DNA of 64,000 nt. It comes from an uncultured Candidatus Saccharibacteria bacterium (GTDB taxonomy: Bacteria; Patescibacteriota; Minisyncoccia; Phycocordibacterales; UBA9973). The notes under the pieces were generated by a model. It searched no databases. It worked only from the letters and a program-made list of their open reading frames with translations, and had not been told where the DNA came from. Location of the stretch: the NCBI GenBank assembly GCA_964646765.1, contig CAZYIA010000001.1:341621-405620 (forward strand), in the 5' to 3' direction. Positions 27,781-38,348 of the stretch are shown one piece after another (positions within the stretch are counted from its first letter, which is position 1; each line of letters begins with the position of its first letter). A program made the translations under genes and the position numbers.

Positions 27781-28890
27781 ATGGAAACTCAAGAAACCGT
27801 ATTAATCACCAAACAAGGTACTAACTGGATACAGAGGTTATTATTTCCTTTAGCCAACAAAGTACTTTTTCATTCGCCAGAAGAAAGCTTGATTAACAAA
27901 AAAATCTTCAACGTTATCGTAAGCATACTTCTTGGTTTAATTCTCTCAACTGTTATAACCTTACTACTGACGTTACTTCCTGAAGTGGAGGGATACGCCT
28001 GGTATATCTTTGCAGGCACTTTCTTTTTACTGTTTATTCTTTTTGTTTTTTCAATGGGAGTAGACGATGAAAAAAGACTGGTGGTCATTGGATATAACGA
28101 GGCAGTGCCCTTAGCACTGTTCGGAGTAAAAACCGGAGCCTGGCTGTTTATGGGAAAATATTACATGTGGTTATGGTTTTCTGCTGATGAAAGTGAGAAA
28201 GTTAATCTTGAAAAACAAGAACTGAAAATCACTATTAGCGAAAAACTTTCTGCTGACGGTGAACCCATGTTTATGGACGCGACATACGTGTACATGAAAG
28301 ACCCGACCCGTCTTCCGATATGGGCAAAAACAAACCAGGCAGATTTTGAAAGAACTGCTGAACCCACAATCAGTAATGAACTTTTGAAAGTGATAGGAAA
28401 AGGTAACTACAACACTGACGAACTTACAGGTGATACTTCCTGGATTGCTACCAGTATCATTGGTAAGCGTGGCCCTAAAGGCGAGCTTTCTAAAGAAACT
28501 GATGGTACCGGCAAGTTGATTAACCAGCCTAATGAGCAAATCAAGGCTTTAGAGGCCTTCGGTGTACTTTCGATTGCACTTGTCATTAACGAATTCGAAA
28601 GCGTTAATGTTAAGAACGGTACAAGCACCAAGGCGATGCTGAAACAGATTGGGGAAATCCTGATGCAGTTGGTTGTTAAAAATCCTACTCTTTCAGGGAA
28701 GGCTTTGCATGAAGCTTACCAACTCGCCTTGAGCAGCAACAAGTATTCTGACGAACAATTACAACAACTAAGCGAAAGAGCTGAAACCCAGTGGAATCGC
28801 TTAAACGGTAAAACTACAGAACAACGGATATTTACCGCAGGCGGTGATAATCAGGTTCTGAAATTTTTGAATCTCGACAAAAAACAGTAA
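27781..28890 (+). CDS. Membrane protein, possibly divergent SPFH/band-7 family
   Basis: Two TM helices, then VVIGYNEAVPLALFG...LSADGEPMFMDATYVY pattern reminiscent of SPFH. Confidence 0.5.
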   Translation: METQETVLITKQGTNWIQRLLFPLANKVLFHSPEESLINKKIFNVIVSILLGLILSTVITLLLTLLPEVEGYAWYIFAGTFFLLFILFVFSMGVDDEKRLVVIGYNEAVPLALFGVKTGAWLFMGKYYMWLWFSADESEKVNLEKQELKITISEKLSADGEPMFMDATYVYMKDPTRLPIWAKTNQADFERTAEPTISNELLKVIGKGNYNTDELTGDTSWIATSIIGKRGPKGELSKETDGTGKLINQPNEQIKALEAFGVLSIALVINEFESVNVKNGTSTKAMLKQIGEILMQLVVKNPTLSGKALHEAYQLALSSNKYSDEQLQQLSERAETQWNRLNGKTTEQRIFTAGGDNQVLKFLNLDKKQ

Positions 28891-28909
28891 CGAGTAATCG
28901 TTACCAAAC

Positions 28910-28943
28910 AAAAATGCCTCTGCAGCTAAGCAGAGGCATTTTC
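28910..28943. terminator. Intrinsic terminator
   Basis: AAAATGCCTCTGC-AGCTAA-GCAGAGGCATTTT between convergent genes. Confidence 0.8.
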
Positions 28944-28955
28944 TTATCTCTAGAG

Positions 28956-29345
28956 TTAGAGTTGTCTTCCGAAGTTCTGTGATTTTGGAATTTGATTTTC
29001 GATTTTCTGGTTTTGACTATTCTTCAAATCAAACGTTCGAGAAATGAGAGCCATCAAACCGTATACCGAAACCATAATCACCAAACCAACAATTCCCCAA
29101 ATCATGTGCCGCTTTCCATCGGCAATTTTCGCCTCTTCCCCATTATTTTGGTTTACCAAAAACTGGATAACTCCCCAAATAAAGAGCACGAGAGCAAGTG
29201 TCATGAGGAGCGCTATCAAAGGATCAATAATGTAAGAACCAATCCTACAAATGATAGTATCGATGCGCGTCGTCGGAGGATTACAGTAAGAAAGTCCAAC
29301 TACGGCCGCATGTGCCACTTGTGCTGTGGGAAAAAGAAAAAACAT
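28956..29345 (-). CDS. TrbC/VirB2-like (CPR-type) pilin
   Basis: Two-TM hairpin FIWGVIQF...GKRHMIWGIVGLVIM. Confidence 0.75.
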   Translation of the reverse strand: MFFLFPTAQVAHAAVVGLSYCNPPTTRIDTIICRIGSYIIDPLIALLMTLALVLFIWGVIQFLVNQNNGEEAKIADGKRHMIWGIVGLVIMVSVYGLMALISRTFDLKNSQNQKIENQIPKSQNFGRQL

Positions 29346-29364
29346 GAAACCGATTTAGAAAGTT

Positions 29365-29757
29365 TTAGTAACTTTGACAACCGTTAAGTGGATCGTTATC
29401 AGTATCAACAACACAAGGGATCACTGTCTGACCACCCTGACCAATTCCGAGAGCCTGACCAAGAAGGGCGATAATACCCCAGATAGACATCATCACGAAG
29501 AGACCGATAATGATGTAGATCATGAGACTTTTCGCACCAGCACGTTCCTCTTCATTTTTGTTCGTAACGAACTGGATGATAGTCCAAGCAAGGAGAATAA
29601 AGCCGATAGTAATAACAATCGGAACAACGTAGTTCAGGATGTTCTGAACGAACTTAATGATACCAATGATCTGGTCTTGACCAGCGTTAGCAGCAAACGC
29701 AAAAAGCGGTAAGCTGAGAGCACCGACTGAACCAAGAGAAATAATAACTTTTTTCAT
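29365..29757 (-). CDS. TrbC/VirB2-like pilin
   Basis: Signal peptide MKKVII...AFA; IIQFV...AKSLMIYIIIGLFVMMSIWG. Confidence 0.8.
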   Translation of the reverse strand: MKKVIISLGSVGALSLPLFAFAANAGQDQIIGIIKFVQNILNYVVPIVITIGFILLAWTIIQFVTNKNEEERAGAKSLMIYIIIGLFVMMSIWGIIALLGQALGIGQGGQTVIPCVVDTDNDPLNGCQSY

Positions 29758-29871
29758 ACTAACGTATAAATGCAACTTCTAATAAAGACCTACTAATACC
29801 TCAAGTATACAGGATTTTAGGGCGCGAGCTACCCCCTTGGGGAAAACGGAGCCTTTAATATAAGGCTATTT

Positions 29872-30762
29872 TTATAGACCAAGAGCAAGTTTGAAGAGTC
29901 TTACGAGACCCCAGACACAGACGATAACGAAAAGGGCGATTAGGCCGTAAATGATGATATTACGAGCTTTTTTCCGCTCCTCAGCATTTCCTGTTGCCAC
30001 AACATACTGGCTAACTCCCCAAGCAAAGTAAATGAAGGCAAGAGTAATAAGCAACTGGATAATAAACGTATTAATGATACAAACAATGTAGTAAATAATA
30101 TCGCTAAATGTTTTGAGCGTGCGGCTACATGTTCCAGGAGAAGAAGAGAGGTGAACCCCGTTACTAAACAGATCAGACGTTCCAAACTTAAATTGCTTCA
30201 GTTGGCTTGCTTTTGTCTTATCGAACGTATCGTTAAGAGTTGCTGTGTAATCCGTCCCATTTGGATCGTTATAATCTCCTGACCATGATTGAAAGGTGGA
30301 ATTATTAAAAAGCCCTTGCTGCCATGGGTCGTACTGGTTATGACCTAACCCAATAAACGGATTAAAGTTATCGTAAGAAACATTATATTGATCGTTTAAA
30401 AAGTACCCATAATTTGCATTTGGATCAGTAAGATTTTGGGCAGTATTAACATTCTGCTGATCATTCACATAATTCTGCTCCGCTAGATTTTGATCTTGAG
30501 AATTAGCATTTATCTGATCATTTGCATTTGTATTTTCATTAACATTAGTTTCCTCGTTAACATTCGCATTCTCGTTAGGATTCTGATTCTGGTTAACGTT
30601 TGCGTCGGTATTGGGATTATTTTGATCATTAACTTGTCCTCCCGTAAACGGATTTGCTTCCGTATTTACATAGGTACCAGTATTTGGATCCTGCTGAGCG
30701 AAAGCCACTCCAGAGAGAACAAGGAGGCTCGCGATACTAAGAGTGATAAAAAATGTTCGCAT
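29872..30762 (-). CDS. Pilin-domain protein with N/Q-rich low-complexity N-terminus
   Basis: Signal peptide, NQNQNPNENAN tract, C-terminal FAWGVSQY...ARNIIIYGLIALF. Confidence 0.75.
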   Translation of the reverse strand: MRTFFITLSIASLLVLSGVAFAQQDPNTGTYVNTEANPFTGGQVNDQNNPNTDANVNQNQNPNENANVNEETNVNENTNANDQINANSQDQNLAEQNYVNDQQNVNTAQNLTDPNANYGYFLNDQYNVSYDNFNPFIGLGHNQYDPWQQGLFNNSTFQSWSGDYNDPNGTDYTATLNDTFDKTKASQLKQFKFGTSDLFSNGVHLSSSPGTCSRTLKTFSDIIYYIVCIINTFIIQLLITLAFIYFAWGVSQYVVATGNAEERKKARNIIIYGLIALFVIVCVWGLVRLFKLALGL

Positions 30763-30764
30763 AC

Positions 30765-31196
30765 TTATTTTGCAATTGCAGAGATGGTATCACTCACAAT
30801 CTGAGTTAATGCCCACGCACCAAGTAAAATTGCTGCTCCCAAGAGAGTATAAATAAATGTTCGTTTAGCTGCTTCAAGTTTTTCGGTACTACCACGAGCG
30901 CTAACAAAGAGGAAGCCAGAATAAATAATCGCAAGAGCAATAATAGGAATTGCGATCTTAATAACGGTATCTACAACAGACTTAATAAAATCTGTCAGAC
31001 TTGTAACTTTTAAAGGATTTTCTAAGTATTCAACAGTTGGAGCACTTGAAGGTGTTGGGGGACAATTTGTAGAAGTACTAACACCACCATTTGCTTGTCC
31101 GGGACAGGTTGCCTGTACTTTAGTTGCTCCTCCAATAAGTGCAAAAACAAAGAAACTTAGAATCAACAAATATTGGACAAAATATATTTTCTTCAT
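30765..31196 (-). CDS. TrbC/VirB2-like pilin
   Basis: LENPL, IIYSGFLFVSARG...AKRTFIYTLLGAAILLGAW. Confidence 0.8.
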   Translation of the reverse strand: MKKIYFVQYLLILSFFVFALIGGATKVQATCPGQANGGVSTSTNCPPTPSSAPTVEYLENPLKVTSLTDFIKSVVDTVIKIAIPIIALAIIYSGFLFVSARGSTEKLEAAKRTFIYTLLGAAILLGAWALTQIVSDTISAIAK

Positions 31197-31198
31197 AC

Positions 31199-32815
31199 CT
31201 ACTGCTGTAATAACTTATAAGAAGCGGCACTATCTGCTTTCAAGAGAGTATCCAAAATAAGATTCACGATAAGCCATGCACACAAAATACAGATAAGACC
31301 AATGAGCATATTGATAATAACATGCTTCGCGCGGCTGCGAGCTTCTTCGCTGCCTCCTTTGGCAATGAAGAGGAAGCCAATATATACAAAACCAATAGCC
31401 ATAATTGGAATCGCAATAACAATGAGCCATTTGATCACATTATTTACGAGCTGTATCAGATAAGCAAACGTACACGGCTGCCATCGAGATCCATCACAGG
31501 GCACCAAGTTACCCGGAGCAACTAAAGGCGCTGACGGCCCGACTCCAGAATTAGTCCCTCCACTCGTACTGGAAGCTCCTCCGGTTGTACTACCAGCAGG
31601 AGTAAGAGTTGCCGTAAACGTTTTCGGCGACATATATGCTTTTGCCGGGTCATCGAAATTTACGAAGGTATAGTAGTAGGTATGGTTAGGTAAAAGCGAG
31701 TGCATGACAAATGGAAAAGTATCCGTATCACCCGCATTCATAATTCGGAAAAATACAGGATTTTCCCATAACTTATTCATAGAACTTGGAGAATCTCCCC
31801 AAACAAGACCAACTGAATAAGAATCCCCTTTGTAAATTTTAACTGACGCAGTACCACTTGCTTGACGATCGGTACCCGACGCATCCATAGCAACGGTAAT
31901 TGCGTTATCAGTAGTTACATCAATACATCGTCCGGTTATGGCTGGCGGTGGAATTGGTTGACCGTTTAGGCCTATAAGCGGCTGAGCATTACAGTTTGGA
32001 TCAAGTGAGAGTAGCTGAGTACCGTACGGGCCTCCAATAATAATGTGATCTGATACTGAAGCTTGATCAGTATCAATTGATTCAGACCACAACGCTGTAC
32101 TTTGACCTGAGAGATAAACCTCTACTTGATATGTTGAGGAAGGATCGAGGCCTGAAAGGGTAACATTAAACGGATACTCCTGCCCATACGTTACCATCTG
32201 TGAAAAAACCCCTGGTCCAGAAACTGTCTGGGGTTGTCCCCCACTTTTCGTATAATGAACTTCAAGATTAACTTGCGTTGAAAGACTTGAGCGCAACATA
32301 CCCGCAAGCACAATTGAAGTACTTGATTGAGTGTAATCTACCTCTGGAGTACTTCCATACGCTCCGGAAGGTTTTCGTATCTCAATTTCTGGAATGTCAC
32401 TCAACGTTTGAACTGCTGGTGGTGTTGCAATAAGATCTGCTGAATCACTTGTATCAAAAAAAGCAAAATCGTATGAAGTATTCGGAGTTAAGCTACCAAT
32501 CGTTACGGTAAATGGAACTGGTGTATTGAGTGCAACGCTTGATTGGCTGACAATATCATTTGAGACAACATAGGTATACTGTCCTCCAGTAACTCCCCAC
32601 TTTACTCGTAGATGTATTGGTGCATGCTGCCCAGGTGGATTGATGATGCTATGAATCGTAACAGTGCCAGCAAAATCCACTGAATTGATATGTGGGGTAA
32701 TTGAAGAAAAAGCAATATCTCTTTGGACATACGCAAAGGTATGTTGGGGTACCGACAAAAAGAGACCGAGTGCTAGGGTGAGAAGTGCGGCAAAACGAAA
32801 CGTTCGTTTGAGCAT
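31199..32815 (-). CDS. FN3-like repeat protein with C-terminal pilin domain
   Basis: LTPNTSY, LDPSSTY, LLPNHTY FN3-like motifs; LVPCDG...C; YIGFLFIAKGG...AKHVIINMLIG. Confidence 0.75.
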   Translation of the reverse strand: MLKRTFRFAALLTLALGLFLSVPQHTFAYVQRDIAFSSITPHINSVDFAGTVTIHSIINPPGQHAPIHLRVKWGVTGGQYTYVVSNDIVSQSSVALNTPVPFTVTIGSLTPNTSYDFAFFDTSDSADLIATPPAVQTLSDIPEIEIRKPSGAYGSTPEVDYTQSSTSIVLAGMLRSSLSTQVNLEVHYTKSGGQPQTVSGPGVFSQMVTYGQEYPFNVTLSGLDPSSTYQVEVYLSGQSTALWSESIDTDQASVSDHIIIGGPYGTQLLSLDPNCNAQPLIGLNGQPIPPPAITGRCIDVTTDNAITVAMDASGTDRQASGTASVKIYKGDSYSVGLVWGDSPSSMNKLWENPVFFRIMNAGDTDTFPFVMHSLLPNHTYYYTFVNFDDPAKAYMSPKTFTATLTPAGSTTGGASSTSGGTNSGVGPSAPLVAPGNLVPCDGSRWQPCTFAYLIQLVNNVIKWLIVIAIPIMAIGFVYIGFLFIAKGGSEEARSRAKHVIINMLIGLICILCAWLIVNLILDTLLKADSAASYKLLQQ

Positions 32816-32848
32816 AACCTTTAGAAGTATAGCATGGCTCTATCTTTT

Positions 32849-34168
32849 TTACAGAGCGAGTTGTAATTGGCTTCGAGCTTTAGAAAGTGCTTCAGAAGGA
32901 GTTGCCGCCCCTCGGACAATGTCATCAATCAATCCACTCATGATTGGATCAGAAAAATAGTCTCCTGGGTCGTACCAACCACGTGCCATTAACCCGGAAG
33001 CATAAATAGTAGTAGCGTACGCTGGTGTTTCCGGTGGAGTACCAATAAGATCACGCCGGGCTGGCGCAAGTGGTGCTGCTTCAGAAAGAGTACTTACCAA
33101 TGTTTGAGAATTTTCTGGACTAGAAATAAGCGTTGCTAAAGAAAGTGCTTGCTGCGGATTCTTCCCTGCTTTAATGACCCCAAGCGCATATACTTTACCA
33201 AAAGTTAGATTCAACTTACCTTGTGGTAACTGAGGAACTTTTATTATGTCGAAGTTCAGATTCGGGTTCTTTTCTGAAATTGCAGGAAGTTCACTAGCAT
33301 ACCCAAAATAGAATACGAGAGATTCTCGGATAAAGGCATCACGCGCTGGTACTTGTGCTTTATTCCATGTATAGGCTTTTGAAACAGGGTCAGAAAATTG
33401 GGTAAAAAATTGAAGAACAGCTTGAGCTGGTGAAACATCGGTACCATTATCAAATCCAAGTGTTGCACTAAATCCTTCATTTTGTTTAGCAACAATAGGC
33501 TCACCTACTTGAATAAAAAGCATTGAAAGGATGTCCTTGGCATTGTTTAGATTACTATAGACTCCAAATGGAACGGCACTTTGGTTAATAGTGAGGTCTC
33601 CTTGCTTTTTAGTCAGTGACGGCGTAATGCCAGTAAGCACATCCCAGGTTTTTGGTGGTACTGAATACCCTGCATTTTCAAGCAAGTTCTTGTTGTAGTA
33701 CATCACTATTGGATCAACCGCGACTGGCAAACCTACAATACCGTCTGGAAGCATGAACAAACTTCCTTCCTCAATGTACGTATTTCGAAATGTTTGTTCT
33801 GGCAAACTACTATACGGAATGTGAACGAGTTTCGCTTGATTCTGAAGAATATCTTCTTGCGACATAAGAATAAGATCAGGACCTACACCAGAAGCAATTG
33901 CTTCAGCTAGTTCAAGTGAAAACGTTCGTGGATCTTTAGCAAGATAATTTATTTTGAGACCAGTATTAGAAACACTTAGACTATCAAAAAAGTCTCGCAG
34001 ACCATCTGCTTTAGCTGTGCCCCAAATTACAAAATTACCAGATAGCTTTCCACCATCAGAACTTCCTTTTCCTATAGGAATAATGCCAGAAAAAATAAGT
34101 ACGGCGAAAGCAATAACAACAATAGAGAAGATGAGGATCCCGATTTGAAAAGCGGAGACGTTTTTCAT
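32849..34168 (-). CDS. Extracellular solute-binding protein (sugar ABC type)
   Basis: N-terminal anchor, GPDL, GLPVAVDPIVMYYNKNLL, PPKTWD. Confidence 0.85.
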   Translation of the reverse strand: MKNVSAFQIGILIFSIVVIAFAVLIFSGIIPIGKGSSDGGKLSGNFVIWGTAKADGLRDFFDSLSVSNTGLKINYLAKDPRTFSLELAEAIASGVGPDLILMSQEDILQNQAKLVHIPYSSLPEQTFRNTYIEEGSLFMLPDGIVGLPVAVDPIVMYYNKNLLENAGYSVPPKTWDVLTGITPSLTKKQGDLTINQSAVPFGVYSNLNNAKDILSMLFIQVGEPIVAKQNEGFSATLGFDNGTDVSPAQAVLQFFTQFSDPVSKAYTWNKAQVPARDAFIRESLVFYFGYASELPAISEKNPNLNFDIIKVPQLPQGKLNLTFGKVYALGVIKAGKNPQQALSLATLISSPENSQTLVSTLSEAAPLAPARRDLIGTPPETPAYATTIYASGLMARGWYDPGDYFSDPIMSGLIDDIVRGAATPSEALSKARSQLQLAL

Positions 34169-34189
34169 TCTATATAGTGTAGCGTGTTT

Positions 34190-34717
34190 TTACTTCTTTT
34201 TAAAGATGAAGCCATAGTGGTGAGTTCCTCCGTCGAGTTCGCGCTCTTTTAAGAATCCATGCTGCGAAAATATCAAGAGGGCTTTCTCTGGAGATACCAA
34301 CCGATCTGCTTTTGGTCCAATTGGGTCTAGAGTATCCGCCCAATCAATAAAATATACATGACCTCCCGGCTTTACCACTCGAGCAAGCTCTCGTAAAAAG
34401 GCTTCTCGATCACTTGTTTGAAATAACACATTCGCAACAATTGTTCCATCAAGTGTAGCATCAGCAAGTTTGGTTCCACCTTTTCGTTCAGCATCAGCCC
34501 AAATACAAGAAAAATTCGTCAGCGACCGAGCCTCAGCTTCTTTTCGTAGACGTTCAACTAAACCACGCTGCACATCACAGGCATAAACTTTTCCTTTGGG
34601 TCCAACCATTTGAGCTGCGGCAAGTGCAAAGGTGCCACTGCCAGCACCAATGTCAGCAACATGCATTCCAGGTGTGATACCAAATTGTTTTACAAGAGTA
34701 ACAGGATCAATGAACAT
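34190..34717 (-). CDS. Class I SAM-dependent methyltransferase
   Basis: VADIGAGSG, RVVKPGG. Confidence 0.9.
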   Translation of the reverse strand: MFIDPVTLVKQFGITPGMHVADIGAGSGTFALAAAQMVGPKGKVYACDVQRGLVERLRKEAEARSLTNFSCIWADAERKGGTKLADATLDGTIVANVLFQTSDREAFLRELARVVKPGGHVYFIDWADTLDPIGPKADRLVSPEKALLIFSQHGFLKERELDGGTHHYGFIFKKK

Positions 34718-34770
34718 ATACGTACCAAAAATGGTGTACTTAATTGTACACCATTTTGTCTAGTTCCCTA

Positions 34771-37245
34771 CTATATTGTGGTGATAGAGGCTGCGGCATC
34801 ACCTGGACGAAGTTTCATAATTGAAACCCCTTGTGTTTGTCGGCCAAGTGATGGTACGGCAGAAAGTGCTGTGCGAATCACCTGCCCTTTTTTACTCATC
34901 GCAATAAGCTCAGTTTCTTCGGCGGTAATTACCTTTCCGATAATAAGTTCACCAGTCTTGGGAGTAACTTTTGCGGTTTTAATTCCAGAACCTCCACGTT
35001 TTTGTACCTTATACTCACTAACTTTGGTTTTCTTTCCCATGCCGGTTGCAGAAACAACAAGAAGTTCGGCTTCTTTTACTTGTTCTTTAGTAACTACATC
35101 AACACCAACAAGACGATCGCTTTTACCAAGCTTCATGGCGCGAACTCCGCCAGCCGTGCGGCCCATTTCACGAATATCACTTTCTTTGAAACGAACACTC
35201 TGGCCTTTTGCGGTTACGAGCATGAGTTCATCAGTTTTTTCAACCAACAAGGCCGCTTTAAGTGAGTCATTTTTATCGAGACGAATAGCAATGAGACCAC
35301 TTCGGCGCACATCCTTAAATTGGGAATAGGCCATTTTCTTTGCTGTACCATTTTCAGTAACAAGCATCAGGTAATGATCTTTCTGTTTTGCTTCTTTTGA
35401 AACCGGCAAAATAGACATCACCTTTTCTTCACCTTGTAGGGAAAGGAAATTCATGACCGACTTTCCCTTGGTTGCCCGTTTACCTTCTGGAATATCAAAC
35501 ATGCGCAACTGGTAGGCCTTTCCAAGGTTCGTGAAGAAAAGAAGATCATCATGTGTATTTGCCCCAACGAGCATTGTGATGAAATCTTCTTCTTTGGTTT
35601 CAAGATCGATAACACCAACACCGCCGCGCTTCTGAGCACGATATTCGGCAGGATCGGTACGCTTTACATAACCACCAGAAGTGTATACGAGAACACTTTC
35701 CTTCTCAGGAATAAGATCTTCTTCTTTAATTTCTTTGACGCCACCTTTTATAACGCGAGTTCTGCGAGTGTCACCATACTTTTCTTTTACTTCTATAAGT
35801 TCTTTAGAGACGACGCCGCGAATTTTTTTCTTGCTTCCCAGAAGATCTTTCAGTTCAGCAATAATTTTTTGCTTTTCTTTCAGCTCATCTTCTACAGCTT
35901 TGCGCTCAAGACCAGCAAGTTTCTGAAGGCGCATTTCCAAAATAGCGGTAGCCTGAAGGTCAGAGAATCTAAATTCTTTAATGAGGTTTAATTTTGCAAG
36001 CGCTGCATCTTTTGATCCACGAATGATCGTGATAACCCGATCAATATGATCAAGGGCCTTCTTTAAACCAAGCAAAATATGTTCACGCTCTTCGGCTTTC
36101 GTCAGATCAAACTGTGTACGGCGACGAATCACTACTTCACGGTGAGCAATAAATGCCTCGAGCATGCTCTTGAGCGAAAGTGTTTGCGGGATACCATCAA
36201 CGAGCGCCACGAGGTTATAGTGGAACGTAGTTTCAAGTTGTGTGTGCTTGTATAGATAGTTCAATACTTTCTGAGGGAAGACACCACTCTTAAGATCAAT
36301 AACAATGCGGATATCTTTTGTTGATTCGTCCCGAAGTCCTTTAATACCTTCAATTTTCTTTTCTTGTGCAAGCTCAGCAATCGATGTAATAAGATCGGCT
36401 TTGTTAACACGGTACGGGATTGAAGTAATGATAATTTGCCCATGGCCGGCCTTCTCCTCAACAATCTCGGCTTCACCTCGAGTAACAACTCCTCCGCGGC
36501 CCGTGGTATACGCATACTTCATATCAGAAGAGCCATACACGATGCCACCAGTTGGGAAATCAGGACCAGAAATAAATTTCAACAAATCTTCAGTTGTTGA
36601 TTCTGGTTCATCAATAAGTGCGAGTGTTGCATCTACCACCTCAGTTAAGTTGTGTGGCGGAATGTTAGTTGCCATACCAACAGCAATACCAAGCGTTCCG
36701 TTTAAAAGAAGATTTGGCACCGCTGCCGGAAGGACTGATGGCTCTTTACGGGTAGCATCATAGTTAGGACGAAAATCAACCGTGTCTTTTTCAAGGTCAC
36801 GGAGCATTTCGCCAGCGAGTTTAGACATTTTCGCTTCGGTATAACGCATCGCAGCTGCTGGATCACCATCAATAGAACCGAAGTTACCTTGGCCAATGAT
36901 AAGCGGATAGCGATACGAAAATTCTTGAGCCATACCAACCATCGAATCGTATACGGCAACATCACCGTGCGGATGATATTTACCAAGCACGTCACCAACC
37001 ACCGTTGCACTTTTGCGAGTTTTTGCTGAAGCGGTAAGACCGATATCGTGCATGGCATAAAGAATACGGCGATGCACCGGCTTTAAACCATCTCGAACGT
37101 CAGGAAGCGCACGACTGGTAATAACCGACATCGCGTAGCTGATATAGCTCTCTTGCATTTCCTGAGTGATATCAATTGGAACAACACTTACTCGTTCCGT
37201 GCCACTCTGGTTGCTATTTTCTTTTTCGTCTTTCTTTTTTGCCAT
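34771..37245 (-). CDS. gyrA: DNA gyrase subunit A
   Basis: [26 protein letters not shown] catalytic Tyr, GyrA-box QKRGGVG. Confidence 0.97.
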   Translation of the reverse strand: MAKKKDEKENSNQSGTERVSVVPIDITQEMQESYISYAMSVITSRALPDVRDGLKPVHRRILYAMHDIGLTASAKTRKSATVVGDVLGKYHPHGDVAVYDSMVGMAQEFSYRYPLIIGQGNFGSIDGDPAAAMRYTEAKMSKLAGEMLRDLEKDTVDFRPNYDATRKEPSVLPAAVPNLLLNGTLGIAVGMATNIPPHNLTEVVDATLALIDEPESTTEDLLKFISGPDFPTGGIVYGSSDMKYAYTTGRGGVVTRGEAEIVEEKAGHGQIIITSIPYRVNKADLITSIAELAQEKKIEGIKGLRDESTKDIRIVIDLKSGVFPQKVLNYLYKHTQLETTFHYNLVALVDGIPQTLSLKSMLEAFIAHREVVIRRRTQFDLTKAEEREHILLGLKKALDHIDRVITIIRGSKDAALAKLNLIKEFRFSDLQATAILEMRLQKLAGLERKAVEDELKEKQKIIAELKDLLGSKKKIRGVVSKELIEVKEKYGDTRRTRVIKGGVKEIKEEDLIPEKESVLVYTSGGYVKRTDPAEYRAQKRGGVGVIDLETKEEDFITMLVGANTHDDLLFFTNLGKAYQLRMFDIPEGKRATKGKSVMNFLSLQGEEKVMSILPVSKEAKQKDHYLMLVTENGTAKKMAYSQFKDVRRSGLIAIRLDKNDSLKAALLVEKTDELMLVTAKGQSVRFKESDIREMGRTAGGVRAMKLGKSDRLVGVDVVTKEQVKEAELLVVSATGMGKKTKVSEYKVQKRGGSGIKTAKVTPKTGELIIGKVITAEETELIAMSKKGQVIRTALSAVPSLGRQTQGVSIMKLRPGDAAASITTI

Positions 37246-37254
37246 ATGTATTTC

Positions 37255-37515
37255 TTAGTTAGTACTCATTGTATTTGCAGTGCTTTCGAATAACCCGCTG
37301 AAGTTATCTCCAATGATGGAAAAAGGAGAGTCGCTTTTGTTACCTTCCGCTAGAGTAGCCGTACTACTATTTTTGAATATTCCAATAGTAAGCGTAACGA
37401 GAACAAGCACAACCGTAATTCCGAGAGCAATTCCAATCTGAATCATCTTCCGTACTGCAAACGGTTTTGCTCGGAGTCTCTCTTCCATTTTTGGTTGTAC
37501 CGGCTCCCCTTCCAT
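37255..37515 (-). CDS. Small single-TM hypothetical protein
   Basis: One hydrophobic helix; tightly packed between the MBL gene and gyrA. Confidence 0.6.
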   Translation of the reverse strand: MEGEPVQPKMEERLRAKPFAVRKMIQIGIALGITVVLVLVTLTIGIFKNSSTATLAEGNKSDSPFSIIGDNFSGLFESTANTMSTN

Positions 37516-37516
37516 A

Positions 37517-38128
37517 CTATCCTTCAATCAGAACCATTACTTCTCCTTCTTTACCAGCAAGGTCTTTTTTCTTCACTACCAATTTTTCAGTTCGTTCATT
37601 TTTCTCACCTCCAGCTTCTTTCAAAAATGCTTTCAGAGTGGTTTCATCATAATCGATAGGAATAATAACCCCCGGCTCAAGAGATACTGCGAGTTTATAC
37701 GCTGCTGCGGCACTTAAACCTGAAAGTGGCACAAATAAAATATCAGCCTGTTCTAGTCCTTCACGATCTTTAGCTTCAGGCGCCTCGGTAATTGGACCAA
37801 TAATCGCAAGCTGTAACCCATCCATCTCAACACTGTAGAGCGATGCGATGTATGGTTTTTTATCGAGTTCAGTTTTTACTCCTGTGCCATGAATAAAAAT
37901 TCCCTGCACTTCATAATCGCCAGGACCAGAAATAACTACTGGCTCTCGCTCGCCATACGTAACTGCTTCTACTCCATTATAGTCAGGATGATTAGCAGTG
38001 ATGAGCGCAAGATCAGCACCAAAACGAGTTTGTTTGGCTTTGCTTTCTTTTGAAATTGGATTAACAGCAATAACTGTTTCGCCTTGGGTAAGCTTTAAAA
38101 AACCCTTACCGTGGTAAGTGATAACCAT
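37517..38128 (-). CDS. MBL-fold protein (Lactamase_B_3-like) with degenerate metal motif
   Basis: ITYHG, TANHPDYN in place of SHxHxDH, GPGDYEV, DILFVP, LEPGVIIP. Confidence 0.75.
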   Translation of the reverse strand: MVITYHGKGFLKLTQGETVIAVNPISKESKAKQTRFGADLALITANHPDYNGVEAVTYGEREPVVISGPGDYEVQGIFIHGTGVKTELDKKPYIASLYSVEMDGLQLAIIGPITEAPEAKDREGLEQADILFVPLSGLSAAAAYKLAVSLEPGVIIPIDYDETTLKAFLKEAGGEKNERTEKLVVKKKDLAGKEGEVMVLIEG

Positions 38129-38348
38129 GCGCCAATGGTAGCATAAAAAGCTTGAAAAATGAACTTGTTTTTCTCTTTTTGTGTGCTCAAAAATACTTGC
38201 GTGATTCCCTTTTCTATGGTATCTTCACTCCATTACCAGTCGGACTTCGGGCAACCGAAGAAACCTTACGGAGAATAATCCCTTGGGCATACTCGAGGAG
38301 CTCCGAAAGACACAATCCGCACATGGCGGATTTTTTTATACCCATTTT

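Noticed and set aside
34610-37058. Long antisense ORFs over gyrA, clpB, rpsA, copA and the adhesins
   Set aside because: Codon-bias shadows of well-supported genes, with no recognisable motifs
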